Shown here: piece by piece, positions 12,900-21,676 of the stretch | How positions within the stretch are numbered: the first letter of the stretch is position 1 | Layout: every line of letters begins with the position of its first letter | Assembly (NCBI GenBank): GCA_046075565.1 | Contig: JBJTQJ010000096.1 | Span: forward strand, 1 to 29,273 | Origin: Verrucomicrobiales bacterium | Lineage (GTDB): Bacteria; Verrucomicrobiota; Verrucomicrobiia; Verrucomicrobiales; SLCJ01 | DNA length: 29,273 nt | Direction: 5' to 3' | Notes under the pieces: generated by a model | Database searches by the model: none | Told to the model about the DNA's origin: nothing | What the model saw: the letters and a program-made list of their open reading frames with translations, nothing else | Made by a program: the position numbers and the translations under genes

Positions 12900-14689
12900 C
12901 AGGGCTCGATGGATTTGGGTTGGCGGTTTTTCTTCACCCATTCGGAGACGGGTGCGAGTTTCTCCAGTCCAGTGGTATGACCGATTTTCGAGATGGCGTC
13001 AAGGGATTCGAACTCAAGCAGCCGGAATTGGTCCACATTCACCTTGATATAGAAGTCGGCTCGCCGGATAAGCTGGTCTTGCTGGAAAACACTACTCAGG
13101 CTGGTGGCCCGGTAGAGGATGCCGGCGAGGGTAGGGAAAACCGGCTTGGCCATGGCGCTGGCTTGATCTTTTTTGCGCCCGGAGATCCGCGACCAGAACA
13201 CATCCAATGCTTGGGGTCGTCCGGAGTAGGATGCGGGAAGCCGGAATTCCGTTTCCGGGCTCACATCCACCCCGACGACCATGCCGGCGCCATCGGCTTT
13301 GGCGATGTCCACCGGGAGGTTGTTGAGCAACCCGCCATCGACCAGAAGTTCGCCATTCTCCACCAGAGGCGGAGCGATGCCGGGAACAGAGATACTGGCT
13401 CCAATCCACTTGGCCATGGGGCCTTCTCGGTGGATCATGACGTCGGCCTGGGTCAGGTTGCAACTCACGCAGAAATAGTTGATTGGCAGATCCTCGATGC
13501 GGGTTTCACCGAACAGTTGCTGTAAAGCGCGGGCATAACCGCGCGAGGTATCGATCGAAAGAAGCGGGAACGTGTAATCAACGAGTTTGCGTTTTTGTGT
13601 CCAGTGGATGCGGAGGCGATCGGTGATTTCTTCCCAATTGTGACCCATGGCGGCAAGGCCGCTGACAATGGATCCCATGCTCGTTCCACAAACCCGATCC
13701 ACGGGAATACCGAGTTCCTGGCAGGCACGCAAGATCCCGATGTGGGCGAATCCGCGAGCTCCGCCTCCACCGAAGGTAAAACTCACATCTTTGCCGGTAA
13801 GCATGCGTCCAGCCCTGGCCTTGTCCACCGGGTCGCTCAAGCGGACGTGATGATGGCGGGTAATCTGGCGGTTGGCCAACCATGCCGCGGTGTTGCGGTA
13901 AGGGGCCTCGTTCTGCAGTAAAACCATATCCACCCGCGGGCGCGCTTGTTTTCCCGGCAGACGCTCGATGGCGCGTTCGGCCGGGCTTTTCACCGGTTCG
14001 CCAATGGGTTGCGCGAGCAGGAGGATCAAGTCGGCTTGGCGGAGGCAACGTTCCGTCCACGGTGTGACCTCGTAATCCGCCTGCAGCAGGAGCATGGCCT
14101 CGCTACGCTCCTTTTCTTCCAGCCATTGCCCGAGCCGCTCGAAATCCTCACCATCGCAATTGGCCAGTCCTTTGAATTCGGACGGAAGATCCCGGTCGCG
14201 CATCCAGAGGCATCGCCCGCCGTCTTCCTTTAATGAACCCACCAATCGTTCACAGTATTCTTCGATCGGCAAACCCTGTTGCACCGGGACGACCGCAATG
14301 CAGTTCGGGAGAGCGCGATCCCGTTCCCCATCCATCAGTTTCCGGATGCGGGTAGCCAGAATACGCATGACGGCCAAAAGCGATTCTTTCGGGAGGGCGG
14401 CAAGGTCACTACCGGAGTATTCTGTCAGATGGGTGTCGCGGATGGCGATGACGCTGGCCGAACGGGGTGCGTCGCTCAGCACGGCCATTTCCCCGATGAT
14501 TTCCCCGCGCCCGACCTCACCAACGGTCACCGGATTCTCGCCGTCCAGATTGCGGATGGCCCGCAAGCGGCCATTACGCACGAGGTAAAAACTGTCCCCA
14601 CGGTTGTTCTCATGAAAAAGCACATCGCCGCGGCGCAGTTGCCGGCGGGTGCCGGTGGCTTGATCTAGAAGGCGGAAGAGGCTATCCAT
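12899..14689 (-). CDS. Cyclic-nucleotide-binding domain + patatin-like phospholipase (NTE/RssA type)
   Basis: N-terminal cNMP domain (GDVLFHEN..GDSFYLVRNGRL...GEIIGEMAVLSDAPRSASVIA). NTE-type middle region (TPWTERCLRQADLILLL). Patatin motifs GGGGARG, GTSMG (catalytic Ser) and DGG (catalytic Asp). Confidence 0.92.
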   Translation of the reverse strand: MDSLFRLLDQATGTRRQLRRGDVLFHENNRGDSFYLVRNGRLRAIRNLDGENPVTVGEVGRGEIIGEMAVLSDAPRSASVIAIRDTHLTEYSGSDLAALPKESLLAVMRILATRIRKLMDGERDRALPNCIAVVPVQQGLPIEEYCERLVGSLKEDGGRCLWMRDRDLPSEFKGLANCDGEDFERLGQWLEEKERSEAMLLLQADYEVTPWTERCLRQADLILLLAQPIGEPVKSPAERAIERLPGKQARPRVDMVLLQNEAPYRNTAAWLANRQITRHHHVRLSDPVDKARAGRMLTGKDVSFTFGGGGARGFAHIGILRACQELGIPVDRVCGTSMGSIVSGLAAMGHNWEEITDRLRIHWTQKRKLVDYTFPLLSIDTSRGYARALQQLFGETRIEDLPINYFCVSCNLTQADVMIHREGPMAKWIGASISVPGIAPPLVENGELLVDGGLLNNLPVDIAKADGAGMVVGVDVSPETEFRLPASYSGRPQALDVFWSRISGRKKDQASAMAKPVFPTLAGILYRATSLSSVFQQDQLIRRADFYIKVNVDQFRLLEFESLDAISKIGHTTGLEKLAPVSEWVKKNRQPKSIEP

Positions 14690-14746
14690 GGGCGAGGATT
14701 TAGGACGAAGACTTTGAGTGAAAAAATCATGAAACCGGTCCCGGTG

Positions 14747-16531
14747 TCAAGAGGAGAATTCCACCAAGCCGCGGGCGATGAGCTTGGTATTTCTAACATG
14801 CCTGAAGGTAACATTTTCGTTGGTGATGTTTCCGCCGTAGAACCCACAACCCAAAGTGAGCGAGGGCGGTAGCCCGGTGGTCAACCCGATGACCCCTTGG
14901 GTGGCCGGGCTATTGACGAGAATCCTGCTCGCGGGCATGAGTTCGGCGAAACGGGCGATGGCGGATTCCGACCGGGTATGGATGGCCGCGGTGTGGCCGG
15001 TCCCATCGTTATCGAGCAACCTCCGGGCGAGGGCCATGGCCGAGTCTTCATCCGGGACTTGGAAAAGCGAAAGCACCGGGGCCATGGTCTCGCGTCCGAA
15101 GGCATGGCTGGCGGATTCTTCTCCCGCCCGGGCGGGAATTACCAATAGTTTGATTGGATGGCCGCGTTTGATGCCCGCTGCCGCCGCGAGAGCGGTGGCC
15201 GCTTTGCCGGGATATCGTAGTCGCAGCGATGACTGGTCGGCATTGAGGATGGTCTTGCGGAACCGTTCCCCCTCCTCATCATCGAGCACGGCCGCTCCCG
15301 CACGTTCGAGGGCTTCGCTGAGGGCGGGAACGATGGCGGATTCCGCCACCAGATGGTGTTCGGCCCCGCAGATCAGACCGTTATCAAAGGCCTTGCTCAA
15401 AACGATCATGGCGGCGGTAGGGCCGGGTTCGGCGTCGGCAAGGATCACGCAGGGCGCATTCCCCGCCCCCACCCCGATGGCCGGGCGGCCGGATGAGTGG
15501 GCGGCCCGCACCATGGATGGGCCGCCGGTGGCTAGAATCAGATCCACTCCCGGATGCTGGAAAAACGCCTGAGTGCGGCGGCGGGAGTTTTCCCGGGCCA
15601 CCACTTGCACCAGGGTTTTCGGCCAGCCACCGGCTTCGAGGATTTCTCCCAACATCCCGGCAATCCGATCCGCCACTGGCGTAGCCCGCCGGGCGAAGCT
15701 CAGGATCAGGGCATTGCGGCTCTTCAAACAAATCAGGGATTTGAAGATGGCGGTGGCCGCCGGATTGGTCACTGGAATCAAACCGAATACCACCCCGGCT
15801 GGTGCAGCCAGCGCGGTCAATCCCCGTCCGCTCGGCCCGAGCAAACCGGCACCGGCCTGTCCGGCCATGTCGGCCATGACCGCCTGCGAAGCGAAAAGAT
15901 TTTTCTCCGTCTTGTCGGGCACATTGCCCATGCCGGTGGCTTGCACGGCGAGTTCGGCCAAGGATTCGGCTTCCCGGGCAAAGACCGCCGCCAGCGATTC
16001 CAGCAGAGCGTTGACCGCATCCTCGGAAGCGTCCGCCAGAACCAATTGCGCGGCACGCGCGTCCACAACCATCGCTTCCACCACGGGATCTTTCTCCCGC
16101 GCCGCGCTGGAAACCACACGTGCGTTGGTTTGCCGCAGTCGCCTCGCCGCTGCCGAACCCAAGGCCTTCCATAGCCCGAGGGCCAACTCCACATGGTCGG
16201 ATTCCAAGGCGGTTAAGGCCGCTCGATCCAGCCTCCGCAGTTCCGCCCCGCCCTCCACCACCGCCGTGGCCGAACGGGTTCCTCCGTCCAGCATGGCCAT
16301 TTCCCCGAGAATTTCCCCCTCTCCCAACCGGGCCAAGACCGGGTCGCTATCAATTTCCGCACCATCCGACTCGATGCGGATGATCCCGCGGTCGATGAAG
16401 TAGAGGGAATCCGCCGCTTCCCCGGCCCGAAAGACAATCTGGCCATCCCCGAGAACAAGGGGAATCATCGCCGCCGCCAGGGCAGGCGGAGCATCTTTTC
16501 CCAAGAGATGGTCCAAGGAATCCGGAATCAT
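14747..16531 (-). CDS. Cyclic-nucleotide-binding domain fused to a CoA-acylating aldehyde dehydrogenase (AdhE N-terminal/EutE-like)
   Basis: N-terminal cNMP domain (GQIVFRAGEAADSLYFIDRG...GEILGEMAMLDGGTRSATAV). Acylating-ALDH motifs GMGNVPDKTEKN, GLIPVTNP, ILATGGPSMV, GVGAGNAP, SKAFDNGLIC (catalytic Cys), GHTAAIHT and PSLTLGCG..GGN. ATG 16531 preferred over TTG 16567. Confidence 0.88.
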   Translation of the reverse strand: MIPDSLDHLLGKDAPPALAAAMIPLVLGDGQIVFRAGEAADSLYFIDRGIIRIESDGAEIDSDPVLARLGEGEILGEMAMLDGGTRSATAVVEGGAELRRLDRAALTALESDHVELALGLWKALGSAAARRLRQTNARVVSSAAREKDPVVEAMVVDARAAQLVLADASEDAVNALLESLAAVFAREAESLAELAVQATGMGNVPDKTEKNLFASQAVMADMAGQAGAGLLGPSGRGLTALAAPAGVVFGLIPVTNPAATAIFKSLICLKSRNALILSFARRATPVADRIAGMLGEILEAGGWPKTLVQVVARENSRRRTQAFFQHPGVDLILATGGPSMVRAAHSSGRPAIGVGAGNAPCVILADAEPGPTAAMIVLSKAFDNGLICGAEHHLVAESAIVPALSEALERAGAAVLDDEEGERFRKTILNADQSSLRLRYPGKAATALAAAAGIKRGHPIKLLVIPARAGEESASHAFGRETMAPVLSLFQVPDEDSAMALARRLLDNDGTGHTAAIHTRSESAIARFAELMPASRILVNSPATQGVIGLTTGLPPSLTLGCGFYGGNITNENVTFRHVRNTKLIARGLVEFSS

Positions 16532-16610
16532 TTTGGAAAAATAACATTTTTGTCTTTCCGTCGGCAATCATATCCCGTAAAACGAAGGAGAAAAGTTGCG
16601 AAAATCTTCC

Positions 16611-18977
16611 ATGTCAGCTTCTTCCCCCAACTCCTCAGGTGCCCCCCACCCTCCCAAAGCGACCGGCAAGGCGGTGGATTGGATTGTCAACCACCCGTGG
16701 GCCAGCATTCTGCTCAGCCTACTCGTGGTCGCGCTCATGGCGGCGGGCGCGCCCCGGCTCAAGTTCTCGAACGACATCCGGGTTTTCTTCAGCGAGGACA
16801 ATCCGGACCTCCAGGCCTACGAGGCCATGGAAAAGACTTATTCCAAGTCCACCAACGTCCTCATCGTGGTCAGCCCGAAGGACCCCGGTGCCTCGATATT
16901 CACTCCGGAAAACCTGGCCGTTGTCCAGGAATTGACCGACAAGGCTCACAAGACTCCCTACTCACGTCGCGTCGATTCCCTGACCAACTTCCAGCATTCC
17001 TATGCCGAGGAGGACGATCTCATGGTCGAGGACCTCGTGCCCGAAGGCGCTTCCACCCTGCCACCGGAGGAAATCGCACGCATCCGGTCGATCGCCTTGG
17101 CCGACCCGCTTTTGGTCAACCGCTTGGTCTCGGCCGACGGCAAGGTCACCGCGATTAATATTCCGATCCATTTGCCGGGAGACAATCCCCTCGCCGAACA
17201 ACCCGAGGTCGCCACCTTCGTGCGGAAACTCGCGGCGGAGATCGAGGCAGCCCATCCCGGCATCGATGTCCGCCTTACCGGGATCATCATGATCAACCAG
17301 GAGCTGGCGGAGGCCGCGCAAAAAGATTTCACCACCCTGGTGCCGGTCATGTTCGGATTCATTCTCCTCGCCCTCGGCATCCTGCTCCGTTCGGTGGTTG
17401 GTCCGGTGGCAGCGGTGGCGGTCATCCTGCTTTCCAATGTCGCGGCTTTCGGATTGGCTGGTTGGCTTGGCATCGGCTTGTCTCCGCCCGCCATCTCCGC
17501 GGTCAACATGATCATGACCCTGGCCATCGCCGACTCGGTCCATATCCTTGCCATCTTCCGCCAGAACTTGCGCCAAGGGCAAAGCCGCCAGGAGGCCATG
17601 CGCCAAAGCCTCGATCTCAATTTCGGAGCAGTCTTCCTGACCAGTTTTACCACCGTGCTCGGCTTCCTCAGCTTGAACACCAGCGATTCGCCGCCGTTCC
17701 GTGATTTGGGAAATATCGTGGCCATCGGGGTTAGTTTCGCCTGGCTGCTGGCCCACACGCTGTTGGCCCCGATGATGATCCTTTTCACCCGGAAACCCGC
17801 GCCGGATGCCGTGGCCAGCGAGCACCAAAGCCCGATGCTCACCGCCCTGGCCCGGCTCATCGAAGCCAAGCCCAAGGCCATCCTCGTGGTGAGTGGAGCA
17901 TTCACCCTGATCATGACCGGATTCGTCTTCCGCAACCACCTCAACGACGAATTCCTCAAGTATTTCGACGCCAAAAGCGAATTCCGCCAGGACACCGATT
18001 TCACCATCAACAACCTGACCGGCTTCGAATACATTGAATACTCCATCTCCTCCGGCAGCGAAGGCGGCATCGCCGACCCGGAATACCTGAAGAAACTCGA
18101 CGCCTTCGCCCAGTGGTTCCGCCAACAACCCAAGGTCCGCCATGTCTATTCCCACACCGACATGATCAAGCGGCTGCACAAGAACCTGAATGGCGACAAA
18201 CCCGAATTCTTCCGGTTACCCGACACCCGACCCGTGGCCACCGACTGCTTGACTGTTTATGAGATGTCCCTGCCCGCGGGGCACGATCTCAACGACCGCA
18301 TCAACCTCGACAAATCCGCCACATTGTTCCGCGTGAGCCTCTCCGGCATCACCAGCAACGAGATGATCGCCCTTGATGAAAAAGCCGTGCAGTGGCTCAA
18401 AGACAACAAATTCTCGCCCGGCTCCAGCGGCACCGGGCAGTCGCTGATGTTCGCCCATATCGGCTTGCGCAATATCGAGAGCATGCTCTGGGGCACCGTG
18501 CTCGCCCTCATCCTCATTTCCTTGTGTATGGTCGCGGTCACCCGATCCTGGAAACTGGGATTGCTCAGCCTCTTGCCCAACCTCTGCCCCGCCGCCATCG
18601 GATTCGGACTCTGGGGCATCTTCGTCGGGCAAGTCGGCCTGGCCATCTCCGTGGTCGTCGGCATGACCCTCGGTATCGTGGTGGACGACACCATCCACTT
18701 CATGACCAAATACCTCGAATACCGCCGGAAAGGCGGACTTGATTCCGCCGAGGCTGTCACCCGCACCATCCATCATGCCGGCCATGCCATGATCACCTCC
18801 ACCATCACCCTGGTCGGTGGATTTGGTATCCTCGCCTTCTCCGGCTTCGAACTGAATCGCGGCATGGGCATCCTCAGCGCCATCGTCATCGCCATTGCCC
18901 TTTTCTTCGATCTCTTTCTCCTTCCCGTCCTCCTCCGCTGGGCCGATGGCGGCTTGACCCGCCGCGGCAAAGCATGA
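16611..18977 (+). CDS. MMPL/RND-family membrane transporter (putative lipid/sterol-type transporter)
   Basis: Two repeats of TM + large periplasmic loop + TM bundle. MMPL-type TM motifs TLAIADSVHIL and TLGIVVDDTIHF, also TSFTTVLGFLSL. Start is ATG 16611 or TTG 16596 (the latter follows AAGGAG). Confidence 0.9.
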   Translation: MSASSPNSSGAPHPPKATGKAVDWIVNHPWASILLSLLVVALMAAGAPRLKFSNDIRVFFSEDNPDLQAYEAMEKTYSKSTNVLIVVSPKDPGASIFTPENLAVVQELTDKAHKTPYSRRVDSLTNFQHSYAEEDDLMVEDLVPEGASTLPPEEIARIRSIALADPLLVNRLVSADGKVTAINIPIHLPGDNPLAEQPEVATFVRKLAAEIEAAHPGIDVRLTGIIMINQELAEAAQKDFTTLVPVMFGFILLALGILLRSVVGPVAAVAVILLSNVAAFGLAGWLGIGLSPPAISAVNMIMTLAIADSVHILAIFRQNLRQGQSRQEAMRQSLDLNFGAVFLTSFTTVLGFLSLNTSDSPPFRDLGNIVAIGVSFAWLLAHTLLAPMMILFTRKPAPDAVASEHQSPMLTALARLIEAKPKAILVVSGAFTLIMTGFVFRNHLNDEFLKYFDAKSEFRQDTDFTINNLTGFEYIEYSISSGSEGGIADPEYLKKLDAFAQWFRQQPKVRHVYSHTDMIKRLHKNLNGDKPEFFRLPDTRPVATDCLTVYEMSLPAGHDLNDRINLDKSATLFRVSLSGITSNEMIALDEKAVQWLKDNKFSPGSSGTGQSLMFAHIGLRNIESMLWGTVLALILISLCMVAVTRSWKLGLLSLLPNLCPAAIGFGLWGIFVGQVGLAISVVVGMTLGIVVDDTIHFMTKYLEYRRKGGLDSAEAVTRTIHHAGHAMITSTITLVGGFGILAFSGFELNRGMGILSAIVIAIALFFDLFLLPVLLRWADGGLTRRGKA

Positions 18978-19036
18978 GGTAATCCTCGCCCGTCCCGTTT
19001 CATCCAAAATCTAACAGACACACCCATCACCATCCC

Positions 19037-19840
19037 ATGAGAACAACCACCCATCTGCAAATCCTCGCCGCCCTTGCCCTGGCTGCTCCAGCTCTCGTCG
19101 CCCCCGCGTTGGCCGACGACGCGGCCGCCAAAGGACTGGAAATCGCCCAGGAAGTCAAACGCCGCGACACCGGCTACCAGGACTTCTCCACCACCGCCCG
19201 CATGACCCTCTCCAATGCCCAGGGCCAATCCAGCGTCAAGGAACTCGAAGTCAAAACCCTCGAAGTCCCGGGCCAAGGAGAAAAGAGCCTCATCCTTTTC
19301 ACCGCCCCCGCCGACACCAAGGACACCGTGCTCCTCAGCTATTCTTACAAAACCAAAGCCGACGACCAATGGCTTTACCTCCCGGCCATGAAGCGCACCA
19401 AACGCATCGCCTCCGGCAACAAGAGCGGTTCGTTTGTCGGCAGCGAATTCTCCTACGAAGACATCAGCCCGCAGCAAGTCGAGAAATACACCTACAAATA
19501 CCTCAAGGAAGAAACCGAATCCGGCCAAGCCTGCCATGTCGTCGAACGTTATCCGGTCGATAAGAAATCCTCGGGTTATACGCGCCAGGTGCTCTGGATA
19601 GACAAGGCGGAATACCGCCCGCTCAAGGCGGAAAACTACGACCGCAAGGATTCCCTGCTCAAGACTCTGACCTTCACCAACTACAAAAAATACGCCGGCA
19701 AGTTCTGGCGTCCGCTGGCCATGGGCATGACCAACCACCAGACCGGCAAAAAAACCACCATCAGTTATTCCGAATTCAAGTTCGGCACCGGACTCACCGA
19801 AGCCCAATTCGACAGCGACCGCCTCGACCGCGGCCAATAA
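19037..19840 (+). CDS. Outer-membrane lipoprotein-sorting (LolA-like) periplasmic protein
   Basis: Signal peptide (..APALA-D). Motifs KSLILFTAPADTKDT, DDQWLYLPAMKRTKRIASGNKSGSFVGSEFSYED and YDRKDSLLKTL, characteristic of the LolA-like proteins that accompany MMPL/RND genes. Confidence 0.88.
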   Translation: MRTTTHLQILAALALAAPALVAPALADDAAAKGLEIAQEVKRRDTGYQDFSTTARMTLSNAQGQSSVKELEVKTLEVPGQGEKSLILFTAPADTKDTVLLSYSYKTKADDQWLYLPAMKRTKRIASGNKSGSFVGSEFSYEDISPQQVEKYTYKYLKEETESGQACHVVERYPVDKKSSGYTRQVLWIDKAEYRPLKAENYDRKDSLLKTLTFTNYKKYAGKFWRPLAMGMTNHQTGKKTTISYSEFKFGTGLTEAQFDSDRLDRGQ

Positions 19841-19858
19841 TCCTAGAAAGGAAAATTG

Positions 19859-20000
19859 AACCACGAATGGACACGAATGTGCACGAATTTTCAAAGCGTG
19901 ATGAATGAGACTGGCCTCAGCGTTGTTCCGAAATGATCTCTTTGCATAAACTTCGAATTTCAAAATTCTTATTCGTGAATCTTCGTGTCCATTCGTGGTT
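19859..20000. repeat. 142-bp MITE-like element with 30-bp terminal inverted repeats
   Basis: AACCACGAATGGACACGAATGTGCACGAAT (19859-19888) versus the reverse complement of 19971-20000: 27/30 identical, outer 19 bp perfect. AT-rich non-coding interior. Confidence 0.75.
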
Positions 20001-20022
20001 TGTAGAATAAGCACCTCCGCCC

Positions 20023-20064
20023 CCTGACCCCTGTCTCCTGACCCCTGTCTCCTGACCCCTGCAC
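20023..20064 (+). repeat. Heptamer tandem repeat (CCTGACC/CCTGTCT alternating, 6 units)
   Basis: cctgacc cctgtct cctgacc cctgtct cctgacc cctgcac, ending 20 nt before ATG 20085. Confidence 0.85.
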
Positions 20065-20084
20065 CCCCTACCCCATCCCCCACC

Positions 20085-21329
20085 ATGAAACAGCTCCCCC
20101 TATTCCTGTTCGTCAGCGGCGGCATCGTGCTCGCCGGTGAAACATCACCCGGTGGCAAGGAACCGGTTGCCGAAGACCCGCCGCCCGCCGCATGGGAGAC
20201 TTCTTTCGGTGGTCATGCCGCGGCCGAGTTGCGTTGGTTTCCTTCCTCGCCGCTCGACCCGCGCCAGGAGGACTTTGCACCATCCCTCGTGTTAGCACCC
20301 GAATGGAAGTTCACCAACGAAGATGCCAAGCTCACCGTCACCGCCGCGCCCTTCGGACGCCTCGACTTCCTCGACGACGAACGCACCCACGCCGACCTGC
20401 GCGAATTCAACATCATGGCGAAGTTCGACAACTCCGATCTGCTCGTTGGTGTTGGCAAAGTCTTCTGGGGCGCGATGGAAGCCGTGCATTGGGTGGATGT
20501 CATCAACCAGACCGACCTCATCGAGGACCCGGACGGTGAGGAGAAGCTCGGCCAACCGATGATCAACTACAATCTCTACACCGACTACGGACGCTTCTCC
20601 TTCTTCGCCTTGCCCGGCTTCCGCGAACGCACCTATCCCGGTCCGGATGGACGACTGCGCTTGCATCCGCGTATTGTCGCCGACCAGGCGGTTTATGAAT
20701 CCGGTTCGGAAGAATGGCATATCGATTTTGCCGCTCGTTGGTCGAAAACCTTCGGCGACCTTGATGTCGGCCTTTCCTATTTCCACGGCACCACCCGCGA
20801 GCCGATTTACCTGTTAGGCACCGACGGCGATGAAACCGTGCTCCAGCCACTTTATGAAATTGTCGATCAAGCCGGGCTCGATGCCACCTACACCACCGGC
20901 GACTGGTTGCTGAAATCGGAAGTCATGTTCCGGGCCGGCCAAGGCGAAGAGGACTTCGTCCGCGCGGCCGCCGGATTTGAATACACCTTCCATGGCATCG
21001 CCGGCACCCGCGCCGACCTCGGGGTGATCGGCGAGTTCCTCTACGATAGCCAGGGCAACAACGACATCAACCCGTTCGAAAACGACATCGTGGTCGGCCT
21101 GCGTTTCGCCTTCAATGATCTGCGCGACACCACCCTCCTCCTCAGTGCCATCACCGACCCGGATGACGGCTCCACTTTCATCAACCTCGAGAGTTCCCTC
21201 CGCCTCGGTGAGAACTGGGTCGTCGCCGCCGAAGCCCGCGCCTTCGCCGGCATCCCCGAAGACGACTTCCCCCTCAACGGCTACCGCCGCGACAGCTACG
21301 TCCAATTGGGCCTGGAATACCATTTCTAA
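20085..21329 (+). CDS. Putative outer-membrane beta-barrel protein associated with the MMPL/LolA-like pair
   Basis: Signal peptide, alternating amphipathic strands, C-terminal aromatic BAM-type ending (VQLGLEYHF), segment VGVGKVFWG..E..H.VDVINQTD; third gene of the MMPL-LolA-like-barrel arrangement. Confidence 0.78.
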   Translation: MKQLPLFLFVSGGIVLAGETSPGGKEPVAEDPPPAAWETSFGGHAAAELRWFPSSPLDPRQEDFAPSLVLAPEWKFTNEDAKLTVTAAPFGRLDFLDDERTHADLREFNIMAKFDNSDLLVGVGKVFWGAMEAVHWVDVINQTDLIEDPDGEEKLGQPMINYNLYTDYGRFSFFALPGFRERTYPGPDGRLRLHPRIVADQAVYESGSEEWHIDFAARWSKTFGDLDVGLSYFHGTTREPIYLLGTDGDETVLQPLYEIVDQAGLDATYTTGDWLLKSEVMFRAGQGEEDFVRAAAGFEYTFHGIAGTRADLGVIGEFLYDSQGNNDINPFENDIVVGLRFAFNDLRDTTLLLSAITDPDDGSTFINLESSLRLGENWVVAAEARAFAGIPEDDFPLNGYRRDSYVQLGLEYHF

Positions 21330-21412
21330 TCGGTGTCATTCTTTGGCTTTGGCCGAACGCATCCGACAGCATTACCCTTCGCATCCCCATTCGTTACAGG
21401 GATTGAAACGTC

Positions 21413-21556
21413 CGTAGCGGCACCGCTTCCGGTGCCGGGCGAGGGACCCTCCACATCCCCCGAGCCAAGATGTCCCCACTGCGGAACGCGAAGGCGTTCC
21501 TCTACTTGCCATGGAGATGACGAGTGCTCAGAAGTCGCGGAATCCTTAGCTTGACG
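21413..21556 (+). repeat. REPIN-like ~145-bp element, copy A
   Basis: GTAG-CGGCACCG-CTTC-CGGTGCCG ... GGAACGC-GAAG-GCGTTCC-TCTAC; diverged reverse-complement match to 23822-23973. Confidence 0.8.
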
Positions 21557-21613
21557 CGCACCCCGGCAGGGGCGCCAGCAATCGTCGGTAATCCCTGAAC
21601 GGAAAATCATTCC

Positions 21614-21642
21614 TTGCGACGGGTATGGCCGCTGACTAGATT
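21614..21642 (+). promoter_or_regulatory. Candidate sigma70-type promoter for the ABC-F gene
   Basis: TTGCGA (21614-21619) - 17 nt - TAGATT (21637-21642), about 90 nt upstream of GTG 21732. Motif match only. Confidence 0.35.
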
Positions 21643-21676
21643 GGGGGCCTTTTTATGCCCATCAATACAAGCAACG

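Noticed and set aside
12899-14689. Patatin + cNMP as a canonical CBASS or Pycsar defence operon
   Set aside because: No CD-NTase or PycC-like cyclase in the window, and the architecture is the NTE/RssA type. Kept only as an alternative hypothesis.
14747-16531. Acylating ALDH as a marker of a bacterial microcompartment locus or as adhE
   Set aside because: No shell-protein genes nearby and no C-terminal Fe-ADH domain.
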